Positions 28,201 to 42,298 of a DNA stretch of 64,000 nucleotides are shown here, piece after piece. The stretch's first letter is position 1; each line of letters opens with the position of its first letter. The notes beneath the pieces were generated by a model. It was not told where the DNA came from and searched no databases. It saw only the letters and a program-made list of their open reading frames with translations. A program made the position numbers and the translations under genes. Source of the DNA: the human T2T-CHM13v2.0 reference genome, Homo sapiens; NCBI RefSeq assembly GCF_009914755.1, contig NC_060927.1; one strand, written 5' to 3'.

Positions 28201-28639
28201 ACCCCCCTGGAACACGACAGCAGGTAGATACACCCTAAACCTGTTTCCCTGTACTCCCATCATACTGCCCGTCACTTCAGATGCACACACTATTCCCCCA
28301 CCACCAGCTACTCCCTTGGCCTTGCTAAGTCCTACTCTGTCTTCATGCTGCAGCTCAAATGTCACCTCCACAGGGAAGCCTTCTCAACCAGTGTCCCTAG
28401 CACAAAGCCAAAGGAGGTCCCTGCATGTATATGGCTTATAGCACCTTGAACATCCTTCAAAGCGTCACACATTTTATAATGATGTATTTTTGTGTCAGTG
28501 AAGAAATAATGTCCACCTCACCCCACCAGCCCTTGTGAGACTCGGGATACCTTCAGTCAGAGGATAGCCCTCAACTCAGCACTGTAACCCCAGCAGCTTC
28601 CCAGCACTTCATATTAGTAAAGACAAAGGTGTGGAGTTG

Positions 28640-28830
28640 CCTTCCTCCGTGCTGGGCTCTTCTCTCAGCACTTTACAAAGTAATCCTCACATAATCCTGA
28701 GGTAGGCACAATTGTTATCCCTATTTTATGGATGAGAAACTGAAGCACAGACAGTTGCTTGCCCAAGGACACAGAGCTGAAGGTTGCCAGTGGAGGAAGC
28801 AGGATTTGAACCCAAGCAATCTGGGTTAAG
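28640..28830. mobile_element. MIR
   Basis: ctattttatggatgagaaactgaagcacag...tgcccaaggacacagagct...aggatttgaacccaag. Confidence 0.75.
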
Positions 28831-29612
28831 TAAGGGAGATAGGCATAATGTGGGACTACAGAGATTCCCTGGGGACTCCCTCCCCCAAACACACACACAC
28901 ACACCCCATATACGCTCACATCCCCCTTCCCTGACACACACAATTACGCTTCGTAATGGTCACAATGCCTGGAGAGCCATCACTCATCCATTCAAAATAA
29001 ATGTACTGAACAGTCCCTGGTATAAGAGGGACATTCTAGAAATATATGAGTAATAGATATTTACTTATCTATTATTAGACAGACAACAGACGAATAAGCA
29101 AAGACATTGCAATAAGTGTGGCGAAAGAACTAAACGAGGTGGTAAGGTAAGGGCTGGCAGGCTCCTTCAGACAGCGTCAGGAGAGAAGGGCTCCCCGAGT
29201 GGGTGCCATCTGGCTAAAGCCTGAGAGGGCAGTAAGCCCGCTGTCCCCCAGGAGCAGCAGCAACGCAGGCAGGGCAGTTGCAAAGGCCCTAAGGCACAGC
29301 TCTGCACGCGCGCCTGAGGAACGCACGAGGCTGGCGTGGCCAGGAGTTGAGAGTGGTCAAGACAAAGCAGGTGTGACGGGCAAGGATCAAATCACATCTC
29401 CATATCCAGGATCTCTTCTACCCATGTTGTCATCAATCCAGTGACCAAAACACCTACCAGTCATCTCACACACGCTCCTGTGTTCCTGGAGGCCTGCGGC
29501 TCCCGTGAGGCACCATGCCTGCTCGCTCACTGGGCCAGAGGCGGCACGTGACCTCAAAGTAGCCCATCCTCCCGGCAACCTAGCGCTTCGCATTGTATCA
29601 ACACTCTGCTCA

Positions 29613-29952
29613 GAGTGTATGCGTGTATGCATGTGTCCAGGCTCACCAAATTGTATGCATTAATTATGTGCAGGGTTTTGTTTTTGTTTGTTTGTTTTAT
29701 ATTTAAAAAAATATAATCAAACTAATTGCCAGCCAAGTCAGTCATCCTCCTGGGAATATATAGAGTCCCAAGGTTAGCGTTCCTGTATTAGACTATTTCA
29801 ATTTTAGGAAAATCATGACTGTGTGGGGAAACAATGACTTTAAAATGCTAAAATTAAAATTTATGCTTTAACTGGGAAAAAAACCATTGCATTGTTTGTT
29901 TGCATACCAATTATACCAAACTAAAGCTAGACAGAAAAAAAAAAAAAAAAAA
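29613..29952 (+). mobile_element. Short L1M 3'-end insertion with poly(A) and TSD, containing a nested non-L1 segment
   Basis: ctcaccaaattgtatgcattaattatgtgcag...[insert]...ataccaattataccaaactaaagct then A18; direct repeat ctctgctca at 29604-29612 and 29954-29962. Confidence 0.6.
29700..29883 (+). pseudogene. Putative 5'-truncated retrocopy of an mRNA 3' end (parent gene not identified)
   Basis: Non-repeat-like ~180 bp with ATTAAA at 29853-29858 and an A7 tract 18 nt downstream; it splits an L1 3'-end motif. Confidence 0.45.
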
Positions 29953-30829
29953 CCTCTGCTCACAAAGGGCTGGTGATATTTAAATGAACTGATCAGATTC
30001 TCTCAGGAATTTTACCAGAAATATAAGAATAAGGCAGTTGGAGATAGGGAGAAAAGTAGACAGGGAGAGAAAAAATCATAGCTAGGATATTTTAATAACT
30101 GACTCTTGAATAAAGATCTAAAACTCTTACCACTACAGCCCCTAGTGACCCCGTGTATCTTCAACTCCCTGACCCCCAGCTATACCTTGGTTCCTATTAT
30201 CAGATTTCTAGAAGATTCCAGCCCTCTTAATACCATTTGTGTAATAATGGCATCTGTTGAACACGTACTCTGTGCTCTGTGCTGTGGGCTTTCCACGCTA
30301 TCTCATGTAGTCTTCACTAGAAAGTGCTGAGGCAAGAATCACTATCCCCATTTTTACAGCTGAAGAAGCATCTCTAAGAAGTTGGCTTACCCATAGTCAT
30401 AAGCTGTTGTGGGCAGACCTGAGACTGCAAAAGTCTGTGCTGTTCCTATTTTCTTAAAATGAAGCCTCATTACCCCAGTTGGCCTGGGTGAGGCTTTTTT
30501 CCTTATAACCTGAAACAGAGTTATCTTTTTCAGTGTCTAAGTATTAGTGCCAGTAATTAAAAAGCGATGGCTTTCTTAAAAATTATATGCAAAGCTGTAT
30601 CCAAAATGTCAAATTTTGGGATATATATAGAGAGCAAACTGATCTTAATTTATGTCCCTGTGATATAAAACATAAATTTAGTAAGTGAACTTTGGTGAAA
30701 GATTTAAACACAAGCAATAAAGCATGTATTCATTAAATGTACCACACAATATGATACATAAATATCAAGCCATATGAATAAATTAACAAAATTACTCTAT
30801 AGAGAGCTCTTCCCACAGCACGATATTCC

Positions 30830-31210
30830 TGTAATAATAACTAACATTTACTGAGCACTTACTATGTGCCAAATGACGTGCTAAGCACTCTGCTTATAGT
30901 ATGTCATTTAAACCTCACCATGGGAGAAACAGTAAAATAACGCCAGTTTACAGATGTGGAAACAGAAACTCGAAAAGACCAAATAGCTGGTTAGTGATGT
31001 CAAGAATTTTGAGTTTTCTGGGGGGGTTGTTTTTAGAGGCAGTTTTTTGTTTGTCTGTCTGCTTTGGTTTTGGTGTTTGTTTGGTTTTGAGATAGGGTCT
31101 CCCTCTGTCACCCAGGCTGGAGTGCAGTGATGCCATCATGGCTCACTGCAGTAGAGGCAAGTTTTAAACACAGGTATGTCTGCCTCTAGAGGCCTTGCTC
31201 TTAACTACTC
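30830..31210. mobile_element. MIR interrupted by a minus-strand Alu 3' fragment (~31040-31151)
   Basis: aacatttactgagcacttactatgtgcc...; gagatagggtctccctctgtcacccaggctggagtgcagtg. Confidence 0.7.
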
Positions 31211-32009
31211 CAAGTATCTTGATTACAACAGATATCATACTATGTTGTGATAGATTATCTGAAAGTCTGTCTTCCACTATGTTCCCAATTTCAAAGTATT
31301 TACATCCTCTCCTTTTCACTTGTCCCTCCTTGCCCAGGATACAGTAGGAATATGATATTTATATGAATCAACTAGCTGATCTATTAGTAACACAAGACTT
31401 AGACCAATAATCATTCCTGTTGAATCAAGACTATTGGGTGAATTTTGCAAGGTGATGAATTATCTCAGAAAAAAAAAAAAAAAACAGAATCCAGAAAGCT
31501 TAACCTCAATTTAGTTACAAAACTCAAACTACAATCAATTCCCAAGCAGAAGACTGTTGAGTTTTTACCTTCTTATTAACAGATTGATTTGTGACAATTC
31601 TGTGCCACTCAGAGGAAAGAGAAAAAAAACTGAGATCTCTGAAAATCTCTCATAAAAATTATCTGTAAATAACAAGAAAGATGTCGAAATATTAACGCCT
31701 CCTCCATGAGCACATCAAAATGCTCCCTCTGCCACCTTCCATCTGCTTGCCTGCCTCACCCAACGTGAGCACAGCCCCACTCTGCTTTCAGCTTCTCTTG
31801 GATGTCTAAAAAGACTGGGCCAAAAATTGTTTCAGCACGCCGGAAAGTATAATCCTCACATTTCAGACACATTTAGATACCCTAATTTAAAATATGGTGG
31901 AAAATAGCATACTTGCAGGCTGTTCCTTGCTATAGTTTAAATGCATCCCTCACAAAATTCATTCCTCTGTTAAAGTCATATGCATAAACTTCACTTCTAA
32001 ATGGAAGTA

Positions 32010-32250
32010 ACAACAACAATAGCAGCTAACACTTACATAGCATTGTTCTCAGCACTCTATATACAGTGATTCATTTAATCACCTTATGACACTACTCTTT
32101 TTAGCACCATTTTATAGGGTAGAAAACTGAGGCCCAGAAGGGTTTGGTGACTTTTCCAAAGTCACAGGGCTGGTGAGTAGCAGAGCCAGGACTTGAAACC
32201 AGAGCTATGAACTCCAGATACTATATTCTTAACCACTGCACCAAACTGCC
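32010..32250. mobile_element. MIR
   Basis: gaaaactgaggcccaga...aaagtcacagggctggtgagtagcagagccaggacttgaaaccag. Confidence 0.75.
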
Positions 32251-32340
32251 CAGGGGGCTTCAGCCACTAACTAGCTTAATCCTTTCTTCTCCAAGATCCC
32301 TGGTTGTCATACTGCAACAGAAAAAAAGCTGGAGGGTGAG

Positions 32341-32810
32341 TGTGGTTGATTGAATACTGGCCCCAAAAAGCATATGTCCAAGGCCTAACTCCCTGAACCT
32401 TTGAATGTGACCTTATTTTTAAAAAGAGTCATTGCAGATATAATCGAAGTTAAAGATCTCAGGATGAGATCACCCTGGATTTAGGACAAGCCCTAAGTCC
32501 AGTGATGGGTGTCCTTATAGGAGAAAGGTAGAGGGAGATTTGACACACTGATACACACAAAGGAGAAGGTGATGTGAAGACAGAGGCAGAGACTACAATG
32601 CTGCGTCAACAAGCCAAGGGCTGCTGGCAGCCACCAAAAGGAGAGAGGTATGGAATGTATTCTCCCTCAGAGCCTTCAGAAGGAACCAACCATGCCAACA
32701 CCTTGATTTCAGACTTCTGGCCTCCACAAACTGTGAGAGAAGAAATTTCTATTGTTTCAAGCCACCAAGTTAGTGGTAGTTTGTTATGGCAATGCTATGA
32801 AACTAATATA
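32341..32810 (+). mobile_element. MLT1C/D solo LTR
   Basis: gaatgtgaccttattt...ccttgatttcagacttctggcctcca...aagccaccaagtt...tttgttatggca...gaaactaata. Confidence 0.8.
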
Positions 32811-33029
32811 ATGAGTCATGGATCAAAATCCTTCAGCAGAAATCCACATCCCCACTCTACAGATCAGGAAACTGAGGCTCAGAGTGAGGACTTCATTGGC
32901 ACGCTGTCAAGCACACAAGGGGTTTGTGGCAGAGCCAAGCCAGGCTCTAGGCTACACACTGGGTCTTCGGACATCTGGACTAGCCCCTTCTTCAGTATCT
33001 CATATCTACCACTTTGAGAGACATAATCA

Positions 33030-33245
33030 TGCAGTGTTCACAGACGGGCACTTTAGAGTCCAACCACCTGGGTTGGCTTCCATGGTTGGCACGATTTGTG
33101 AGCTGTATACCTCAAATTTCTCATCTGTAAAACAGGAACAAAAATGACACCTACATCACAGTGTCATTATAAGGAGCAAGTAAGTCAATACATGTGCCTG
33201 GTATGCAGTAAGCTCTCAATAAATGTTAGCTATTACTATTATTTT
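33030..33245. mobile_element. MIR
   Basis: cctcaaatttctcatctgtaaaacagg...gtgcctggtatgcagtaagctctcaataaatgttagctatta. Confidence 0.7.
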
Positions 33246-34857
33246 ATTCTAATATCTACTTAATTATAGATAAAGGTTAAACTATAAAGTCAGGAATATG
33301 GCAGTGCCTAGAAAAAAATGGATAGACATATTAACAGGATTTATCTTTACGGGTGCACATTTGTGACAAATGCTATTAACTAATTTCTTATGTGGGGGTT
33401 GGACATCAAGAGGTAATATCTATCACCCTCAACTTACACCTCTTAGCCAGTCCTTACTGGCCCTGATGGAAAAAGGAGTGCCTAATATGACTAGCCAGAG
33501 ACCAGGACATTGACTAGGACATGCTGTGCTGGTGGACAGGGTCACTGTAGTGCAAAAGGCCCACAGCTGTGCCCCTCACTCCAAGCTGCGGACCCGAACA
33601 AGGCAAGCCAGCCCCAAGCCTCCCACTTTCATGCTCTGGCATGGTGACCACTCCTGGAAACACTGCTTCCCCAGGCAGCACTGCCATCCACCCAGTTTTC
33701 CAGCCTCTCAGGACAGGGCCTTGCCAAGTCACCTTTATTCTTTCACTTCTGGGCATCCATGTGGTAAGCACACTACAGCCTCCTCTCTTGCTAACCTGAT
33801 CTCCCCCTGAGCATGGTGGCTGCTTGGGGTCAGCGCACAGCAGGTATGGCCATCTTGGGTCCTGGGAATGGAGGGAGTAGCAAGCTTCCTTACCTAATCA
33901 AAAAATCCCTGCATGGAAGGACACTGAGCCCATCCTCAGAATTAATAAACTCATCCTCCGTCTTCCATTTGACTACTGGTCTCTAAGTGCATAGTCCCCT
34001 TGGTCAGACACTGGGGAGAGGAAAAAGAACAGTGGCATTCAGACACCAAAACCCCACCCAAACTCCTAACAAATTTATATTACCTTCTGATGGAAAATGT
34101 GTATGATAAGCTATATTTTTTCAAAGAATAATGCTCATTGCACAGTGCCTTCTGACTTATTGAATTTCCTAACACTCTTCTGAATGATATTGCAGGTTTG
34201 AAGAATAACAAGAACATGAAACACCTCGGGAAATTTCTCCCCCAAACCAAATAACCATCAATCTGTTGTTGTTGTTACTCCGCTTTAATAATAGCACTGG
34301 GCCTATGCACACATGTGCACCCATAGAAACCACAGCCCTTGTCTGATCACTTCTACCCCAATATAAAAATCCAAGGTAGTTGCTGGAATGAAGATAAATA
34401 CTACTGGAATTAACAGTGTCCTTAGGAAAGGCAGGGTTGGGATGCTGATTTCATCACAATTCTGCCTGTACTTTTTCAAGGAAGTTCAAGAACCATGGGC
34501 AGCTGTAGAAATCCAAGTCATCAGAAAAGCAAACAAAGGCAGATCCTCCCCCGCAAAGCATGTTCCCTGGAAGGGCCTCTGCATCTGCCTTCTTAGCATA
34601 AAGTAGTGGTGGCACCTTAATCTACTGGGAACTTTTCTGCCTTTCCTTTTGTTCCACTCGAGGCCAGGCACCAGACTTTCATCATTATCCATAATCATGT
34701 CAACTCTCTGACTTTTGAGAATTAACCAATGCCTGCTACACCTTACTCTTTTCTCCTTCCCTAGATATCCAAAACAAGGCCCTTTCCCATTTTCTGGTTC
34801 TGTGGGGGTAGCTCTTAAATTCCTTGAAGTCAAGAGAATTATTAAGATGTCCCTTCT

Positions 34858-35175
<318 letters not shown>

Positions 35176-38100
35176 AAGATGTCCCTTCCACTCTCTCTCT
35201 CTCCCTCTCTGTCTCTCCCCCCAGGTACAGAGTTTTCACTCAGGACTCTGTGAGACCAAACAACATCCATATTTTATCAACATTTCGAATTTAAAAATGT
35301 TCTTCATTTCACCTTTAAACTAAAAATGTACATCTGTCAACCAAGGGGTGGACCAGAGGAACACGGAGAGACAATGTCCTACGTAAGGTAAGCAGCAATG
35401 CTTAGCTCCAGCTCACTGGGCTCAGGGCTACCACATCTTTCTGGTATTCAGGGAAATGAAGAAATGCAGGTTTTTACATGAAGTCCTCCAGTTTTCAATC
35501 TTAACAACTAATTCCCCAGGTCACACAGCCAACTTGTAGCAGAGCCAGAATTGGACCTAGGCATCCTGGCCTCATGAGCTCAAGAGGCCTTAGCTCTGTA
35601 TATATTTGTACCTTTCATTCAACAACTGTATACTAAAAAACTGCTATATTCAGGAATGTTATTTTAATGAGTGGATGGATGGATGGATAGATAGACAGAT
35701 GGGTACACACCCTAATATTTATTAAGGAATGAAGGGAGAAAGTAAAATATAATTTCCAAATTTACAAAATATTTTTTAAAAACTGAGACAAAACATTAAC
35801 TCTATAACTATCATTTTTCTTCCTAAAATAATTTTATTTGTAATTGACTCTGAATAGGGAATAGATCACACAGTCCGAATGCTGAAAGTAAGGGAAATAT
35901 AGAAATTGTATTTAAGCCAGGGCATCTGCCATTTAAGAAAGCCATGAGTAAGGAAGCACTGTAGCTTTGGAATCCACAGGTAAAACCTTTTCTTGGATTA
36001 TTTAAGAACAACCTCTTTTCCCCTCTGCACTCTTGGGAGGATAGGGTATATTTCTGTAGCATTTCTATAGGGATGGTAATTAGTATAGCTGAGAAATGCC
36101 ATCAACAGCAAAAGTAAAATTAGCCTTTACTTGTAAAATTTTCTCCTGGGGAAATGCTGGTAGCTCCTGTCTCCACCAAGCATGGTAATGGGCTTGCTGT
36201 GTCATCCCATTGCAAGCAAATCACCCCATCAGCAGCGCTTGAATAGAACCACCAGCACAACAAATAGGACAGCCAACACAAATACTTTTGCCTGCTTCAA
36301 CTACATCTGCCTCACCCTGGCCCCATGCCCTCATCAAATCGCACTCATGAGTCATAACAGCATTGACTTTCTTTTGTCACCAAAGCACTCTTAATTTTCC
36401 TGAAAATTTTTGAGTGGCTTGGAGCCATGACACGTTTTAACCAAGTTGAGCCTTGGAAACAATTGTATTCAGTATGATGATGCAGCAGGGGAAACTGAGG
36501 TCCAGGGAAAAGACGTGATTTGGCCAACATCACATCTAATTTGGCATCAAAGCCAAGTCTAACTTAATTCCTAGTAGGGGCTTTCTCTTTTTGATGTACC
36601 AAGCAGTCTTTTTAGGTTAAAATTTACTTCTACTCCACACCTACTAATGTCTCTTTATCTGGACCTTCTCTGACCACCTCCTCCTGAGGTTTGAAGAATA
36701 GAAATCTCACCTCCTGCCCAAAGCTGATCTGTCTCCCTACTCTTCCAGGCTTGGTTCCATGAAAAACCCCTCTTCATACTGGCCCATTCCCTACAAGTTA
36801 AAAATATGGTCAACTATGTCACACAAAGAAGGCAGGGAGAGATTCCCCAAACTATGCATCTTGTTCAGTTACCACCCTTCAAAGCTAACCTCCTTGTGAG
36901 AAGAGTATAAAAAGCAACATTAACACTTCCAAGCCACTGCAGCCCCAAATCCACCCTAACCATGCCATGATGATGTTCTGGCAGAGACCACAAGAACGCA
37001 AATTCCACCAAACCCACCTCCCTACTCAACAACACCACTTGGATAAATGACGCTTTGCCAACAACAAAACATGATTAAAAAAAAAAAAAAAAAAAAAACT
37101 CCTGATCTCTCTCTCTAAACTGAAACTGTTTTACCCTTGGTCTTCCCCAGTGGCTCAAGACTCCTTTTAGTACACCCACAAGAATGAAAGCTCCATACAG
37201 GCAGGAAGTTTTTTTCTATTACTCTAACCTCTGCACCTAGCTCAGCACATGGTTCCATGTTTATTGACTTAATCCATTTCAGTCATTCAGTCATCATATT
37301 GTTTGACCTTCTGGGGTGGCACCAGTGACCTTGCCAGTAGAAAGTAGGTAGACATATCTAAAGGCCGGTGCAGAGATCTAAGTTAGAGAACTTGACTGGG
37401 GGGATCATTTCTTTGGTACAAACTATTGAAGTGTCATTATAAGAGTCTTAGCTGGCCAGATATTATGCAGCAGATGGATTCTGTAGACTGAGATGAGCAA
37501 AATAGGCCAAAGTTTATAAAAACCAATCAATCAAACATCTCCTCTGAGTCCTATGTTTCTAGCTGGTTGGATTAATATATATAGCTTGCTAGATCTGGAA
37601 ACCATGTGATCTTTCTTTGGGCAACATAAGCGTCTGCCTTTTCTGAGGATTCAGATAATAGTGTTTACTGGGAAATCACCCTCATCTTTTTTTCTATTAC
37701 TCCCTACAATGATAGTGAATTTATCGTTTCCATCTCATGCCGTGGGACATATTTCAATGTAGCATACCAGAAAAATGTAATGTGAGTCTTTCCTTTTTTT
37801 TTATTTTTTGCACAAGAAAAGCCTAGCTGTGGCTCAGAATTGTCCAGGGCAGCCATCTGAAAATTAACACAAACTGGCTTGGATCCAGTTATGGGAGTCA
37901 ATACCTATGTCAAGAAAACTCTCCTAGCCATTCCTAAGCAGCTCATCTGAACTTGGTTTCAAGAGTAGGGTATTCTAATTCCACTGACTCTATAAAGGGT
38001 AAAGAACAATAGGATAACTTAAACTATTACCACATCTATTTTACAGGTAAGGAAACAAGTGCAGAGAGATAAAGTTAACCAAATTCTCACAGCTAGAAAG

Positions 38101-38360
38101 GAACCTAGGTAATCCATCTCCAAAGCTGGTGCTCTCGACCACCATCATAGAAAACAAAGCAGGAACCCAGAGGCAGGCTCCACTAACACCATGTTGCCAG
38201 TTCTGCTCACAGAAACTCTTTGAACAGGCAGCATATCAGATGCAAAGGCAAAAACTAGGGCTACTAGGATTACAATGTAAGCATCATGTAGTAATGTCAC
38301 TACATGTCCTACAATGAGGGTAGGAAACATCTGATAAGTGTTAAGTAGGGTTCAAGATTA

Positions 38361-38731
<371 letters not shown>

Positions 38732-40593
38732 GGATTCGGAAAGGGGATGACTTCCTTTTACATGGGCTTCAAAGTTGTTTAATTCAGAGTCCTCACCTGT
38801 CCTAAGATCCTCTTGTGTACACAGAGCTACTCACTCCATACTACAGTCAATCCTGACACTGGAGACTGACTTTGGAGTTAGTCTGCCTGGGTTCAACCCT
38901 AGCTTTGCCACTTGCTAAATGTAACTTTTTGACAAGTGACCTCTCCTCTGAGGCTTGCTTTGCTCACATAAAAATAAATACATATAATAATAACAGTACC
39001 TACTTCATAGGGTCATTATGTGGATTAAATGAGATACCATATATGTGGCCTTTGGCTTTATTTCATTTAGGGAAGTACTTTACAAACCACACTGATTGTT
39101 TATTATTCTTACTTACCAGGGGAACATATTGTAGTTAGGTGGGTACACTAAATGGGAAAGTGAAGTGATTCACAGACTTTACATGCTGGCCTGAGAAAGG
39201 CAGGGGCTCAGGCCTTCCCCAACTCCCCCATCCCAAACACTTCCAGAAGCCCTACACTGGCTGGATGTTAGGAGGATACTGTGCCCACTCTTAGACTCTG
39301 GCTAGGCTTCTACAGAAGACAGAGAGAGGTCACATCAATGGCTCTTCCAGAAAGGTAAATAAACTAGGCAAGAAGCTTTCTTCCCTAGACCAAACTTCAT
39401 GCTCAGGTCAAGTTCCAAGGTAGAGTCAACTACCCATAACCAACAAGATATATCACTGCTTCATTCCTTATTCACAGTCTACATAGAAAAAGGAAATGAA
39501 CCTCTAAGGATTTTCACAAGATGGTAATGGGACAGAAAGTGCACTTTACACTTCTTTAGTGTCTTCTTCAGCCCTTGGCATATAACTGGGAACATGATAG
39601 GTACGTAATTAACCCTCACTTGATAATTCAACAAAATCATTCGTTCCTTGCTCTATCACAAATGCCTACAGCATAACTGCATTTGTAGTATGAGATTTGA
39701 GTTGCAATTACAAATAAGTGATATAGAATTGCCAGAGGTAAACTTGGAATTTTCGTACCCAGAGACAAGCATAATGAATGGAAAGTCCTTAATGAAAATA
39801 TTTAAAGATGTGCTTTTACTATGTGACACCTAATGCTATGCAAACTCTTTCAAGGTAACTTATTCCTGAAGGTAGACTAAAATCCACCACCTCCAGTATA
39901 TTGTATCTGAATACACTTAGTGAATGCAGTACAGTCCATCAGCAAGTTTCCATCTTACCAATGTACATACCCTTTATCACCAAAATCCTGGCACATGCCC
40001 CCTATTTCTCAGCACAAACTGAATAGCAGTGAAATGAAGACATGTCTCATATTACCAAAAGCTCATTCATTTCACTAATCACTGGGAACTATTTACTCCC
40101 AACACATGTGCAATATTTTATGAAGTGGTAATATCTAGACAGAGGATCTTGATCTAAATATCCTGAGATGCCCTTCGAGTTTGCAGTAGGGATGAGGAAG
40201 TGAAATTTGTGCACAATCCAGATTATGCACACCTTTCTAGGGAAAATTATGACATTTTCATCAGCTCTCAAAGTGTACATGGCTTCCCAAAGGTAAAAAC
40301 CCCGAAGAGAAATTTAAAATTTTTGAGAAGGCAATTTTATTTATTATTTGGTACATTTCTAAATTTAAGCAAGTTCTAAATCTGGCCATCATGTGCACTG
40401 TCCAACTCTCCATCTCATAGGCTTATTGATTTCTATTGGTCTTAGGATTCCTTGGAAACTTTTATATTATTTCACATGGATATTTTAGAAAGATTTTCCA
40501 AGGGATGAATCGGTGAGTTTTAATTTCTTTCCATTCCTTCTCAGATAATATGTACTCACGAGCCAATCGTTTTTAGAACTTAAGTGGTTATAC

Positions 40594-40894
40594 TTTTTTT
40601 TTTTTTTTTTTTTTTTTTGGAGACAGAGTATTACTCTGTCACTCAGGCTGGAGTGCAGTAGAATGAACACAGCTCACTGCAGGCATGACCTCCTAGGTTC
40701 AAGTGATCCTCCCACCTCAGCCTCACAAGTAGCTGGGACCACAGGCACACACCACCATACCTGGCTAATTTTTTAGTAAAGACAGGATCTTGCCATGTTG
40801 CCCAGGCTGGTCTCAAATTCCTGGGCTCAAGTGATCCTCCCACTTCTGTCTCACAAAGTGCTAGGATTACAGGCATAAGCCACCATGCCTGGCC
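40594..40894 (-). mobile_element. AluJ
   Basis: T25 tract plus reverse-complement dimer; flanking ttatactt repeat. Confidence 0.9.
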
Positions 40895-41020
40895 CAATTA
40901 TACTTACAACGAAAACCATCAAATTATTACTTACTTCTAAAAGTTTACAGATCCTAATTAGTATCATTTTCCCATCCACTTTGGAGACCAAAGTCTCCAA
41001 TGAAACTAAGGGAATTTGGG

Positions 41021-41342
41021 GGCCGGGTGTGGTGGCTCACTCCTGTAATCCCAGCACTTTGGGAGGCCAAGACAGGCAGATCACGAGGTCAGGAGATCGA
41101 GACCAACCTGGCTAACACGGTGAAACCCCGTCTCTACTAAAAATACAAAAAAAAAAAAAAATTATCTGGGTGTGGTGGTGGGTGCCTGTAGTCCTGGCTA
41201 CTCGGGAGGCTGATGCAGGAGGAGAATGGCATGAACCCAGGAGGCAGAGTTTGCAGTGAGCTGAGATCGCCCCACCGCACTCCAGCCTGGGCGACAGAGC
41301 AAGACTCCGTCTCAAAAAAAAAAAAAGAAAGAAAGAAAGAAA
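41021..41342 (+). mobile_element. AluY-like element
   Basis: gatcacgaggtcaggagatcgagacc...ggctaacacggtgaaaccccgtc; gaatggcatgaaccc; TSD gaaactaaggga. Confidence 0.92.
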
Positions 41343-41699
41343 GAAACTAAGGGATTTTATAGAAAGTGGAGACTGTTTTAATTCCATCAAGGATGCACTC
41401 TGATAGTATATAAAAGCGCCATGTGGGTCCACTATGGTAAAATAACATGAATTGATCCTGGTGTTGGTCAATATAACTTCCAGAATTTCTCTAGGGGGCA
41501 CAATGTAGGTAGGGAGTGAAGAGGTGAGTGTGGAGGTTAGAGATTCCAGGAGGCTACTGAAGTTGTTATTGAAATGGCTAGTTATAGACAGAAGTTAACT
41601 AGTTATAGACAGAGGTTAACAGAAGCTAACTATTCAGACTATAAAAGTCTTCTGGATTCGTCTTGGTCCTCCTAATACTAGAACTAAGGCAAGCTTCTA

Positions 41700-42298
41700 A
41701 CTATGTGTTGCACAAGCATATTTCCCAGCAATGGCTGTCCTTTCCTCCTCACCACCTTACCCACACACTCCCTTGCTAGAGAATCTACTCATCATGCCCC
41801 TTTCTCAGAAAGACCTTTTCCATAGCTCTGCTGAGGGGGCGTGGATGTGTGACTCATTCCCTTGGCCACAGCTGACTGGACCTAGAAGAGACTAGACCCA
41901 AGCTAGGTCAATTGGATTATTGGTTCTCTGAATTTGAAGTCGCAACAGCGCAACTCTAGGCTGTCCCTGGTGAGCACTTGAATGAAGAAGATACACATGC
42001 TTTCCTTGAGTGCCGCTTTTTCATAAGAGATATATAAAAATAGATATTAAGAGAGAAAATAAGAGTGATAGAGATGTGTATGTGTGTATAGGAGAGACAG
42101 AGCAGAGACAGAGATGGAGACTGGCTTTGTTGATATTCCTCATCATCTTCCAACTGACCCCGATTCCCGCTCCATGTGACACCTGGCTGCCCTACTTACC
42201 CTTAATGTCTAGTAGGTATCATTATGTGCTCCCAGTAAATCCCTCCTCCCCACTTTTTTTTTCTTAAACTTGAATGGGTTTCTGCTACTTGCAACCAT
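41700..42298 (+). mobile_element. Old ERVL LTR (LTR16-like)
   Basis: attcccttggccacagctgactgg...gacccaagctaggtcaat...gggtttctgctacttgcaacca. Confidence 0.5.

Noticed and set aside
29161-29625. CpG-island promoter
   Set aside because: Short and interrupted, with no TSS or exon evidence; kept only as an anomaly.
32574-33017. 147-aa ORF
   Set aside because: Spans MLT1 and MIR remnants; no recognisable protein.
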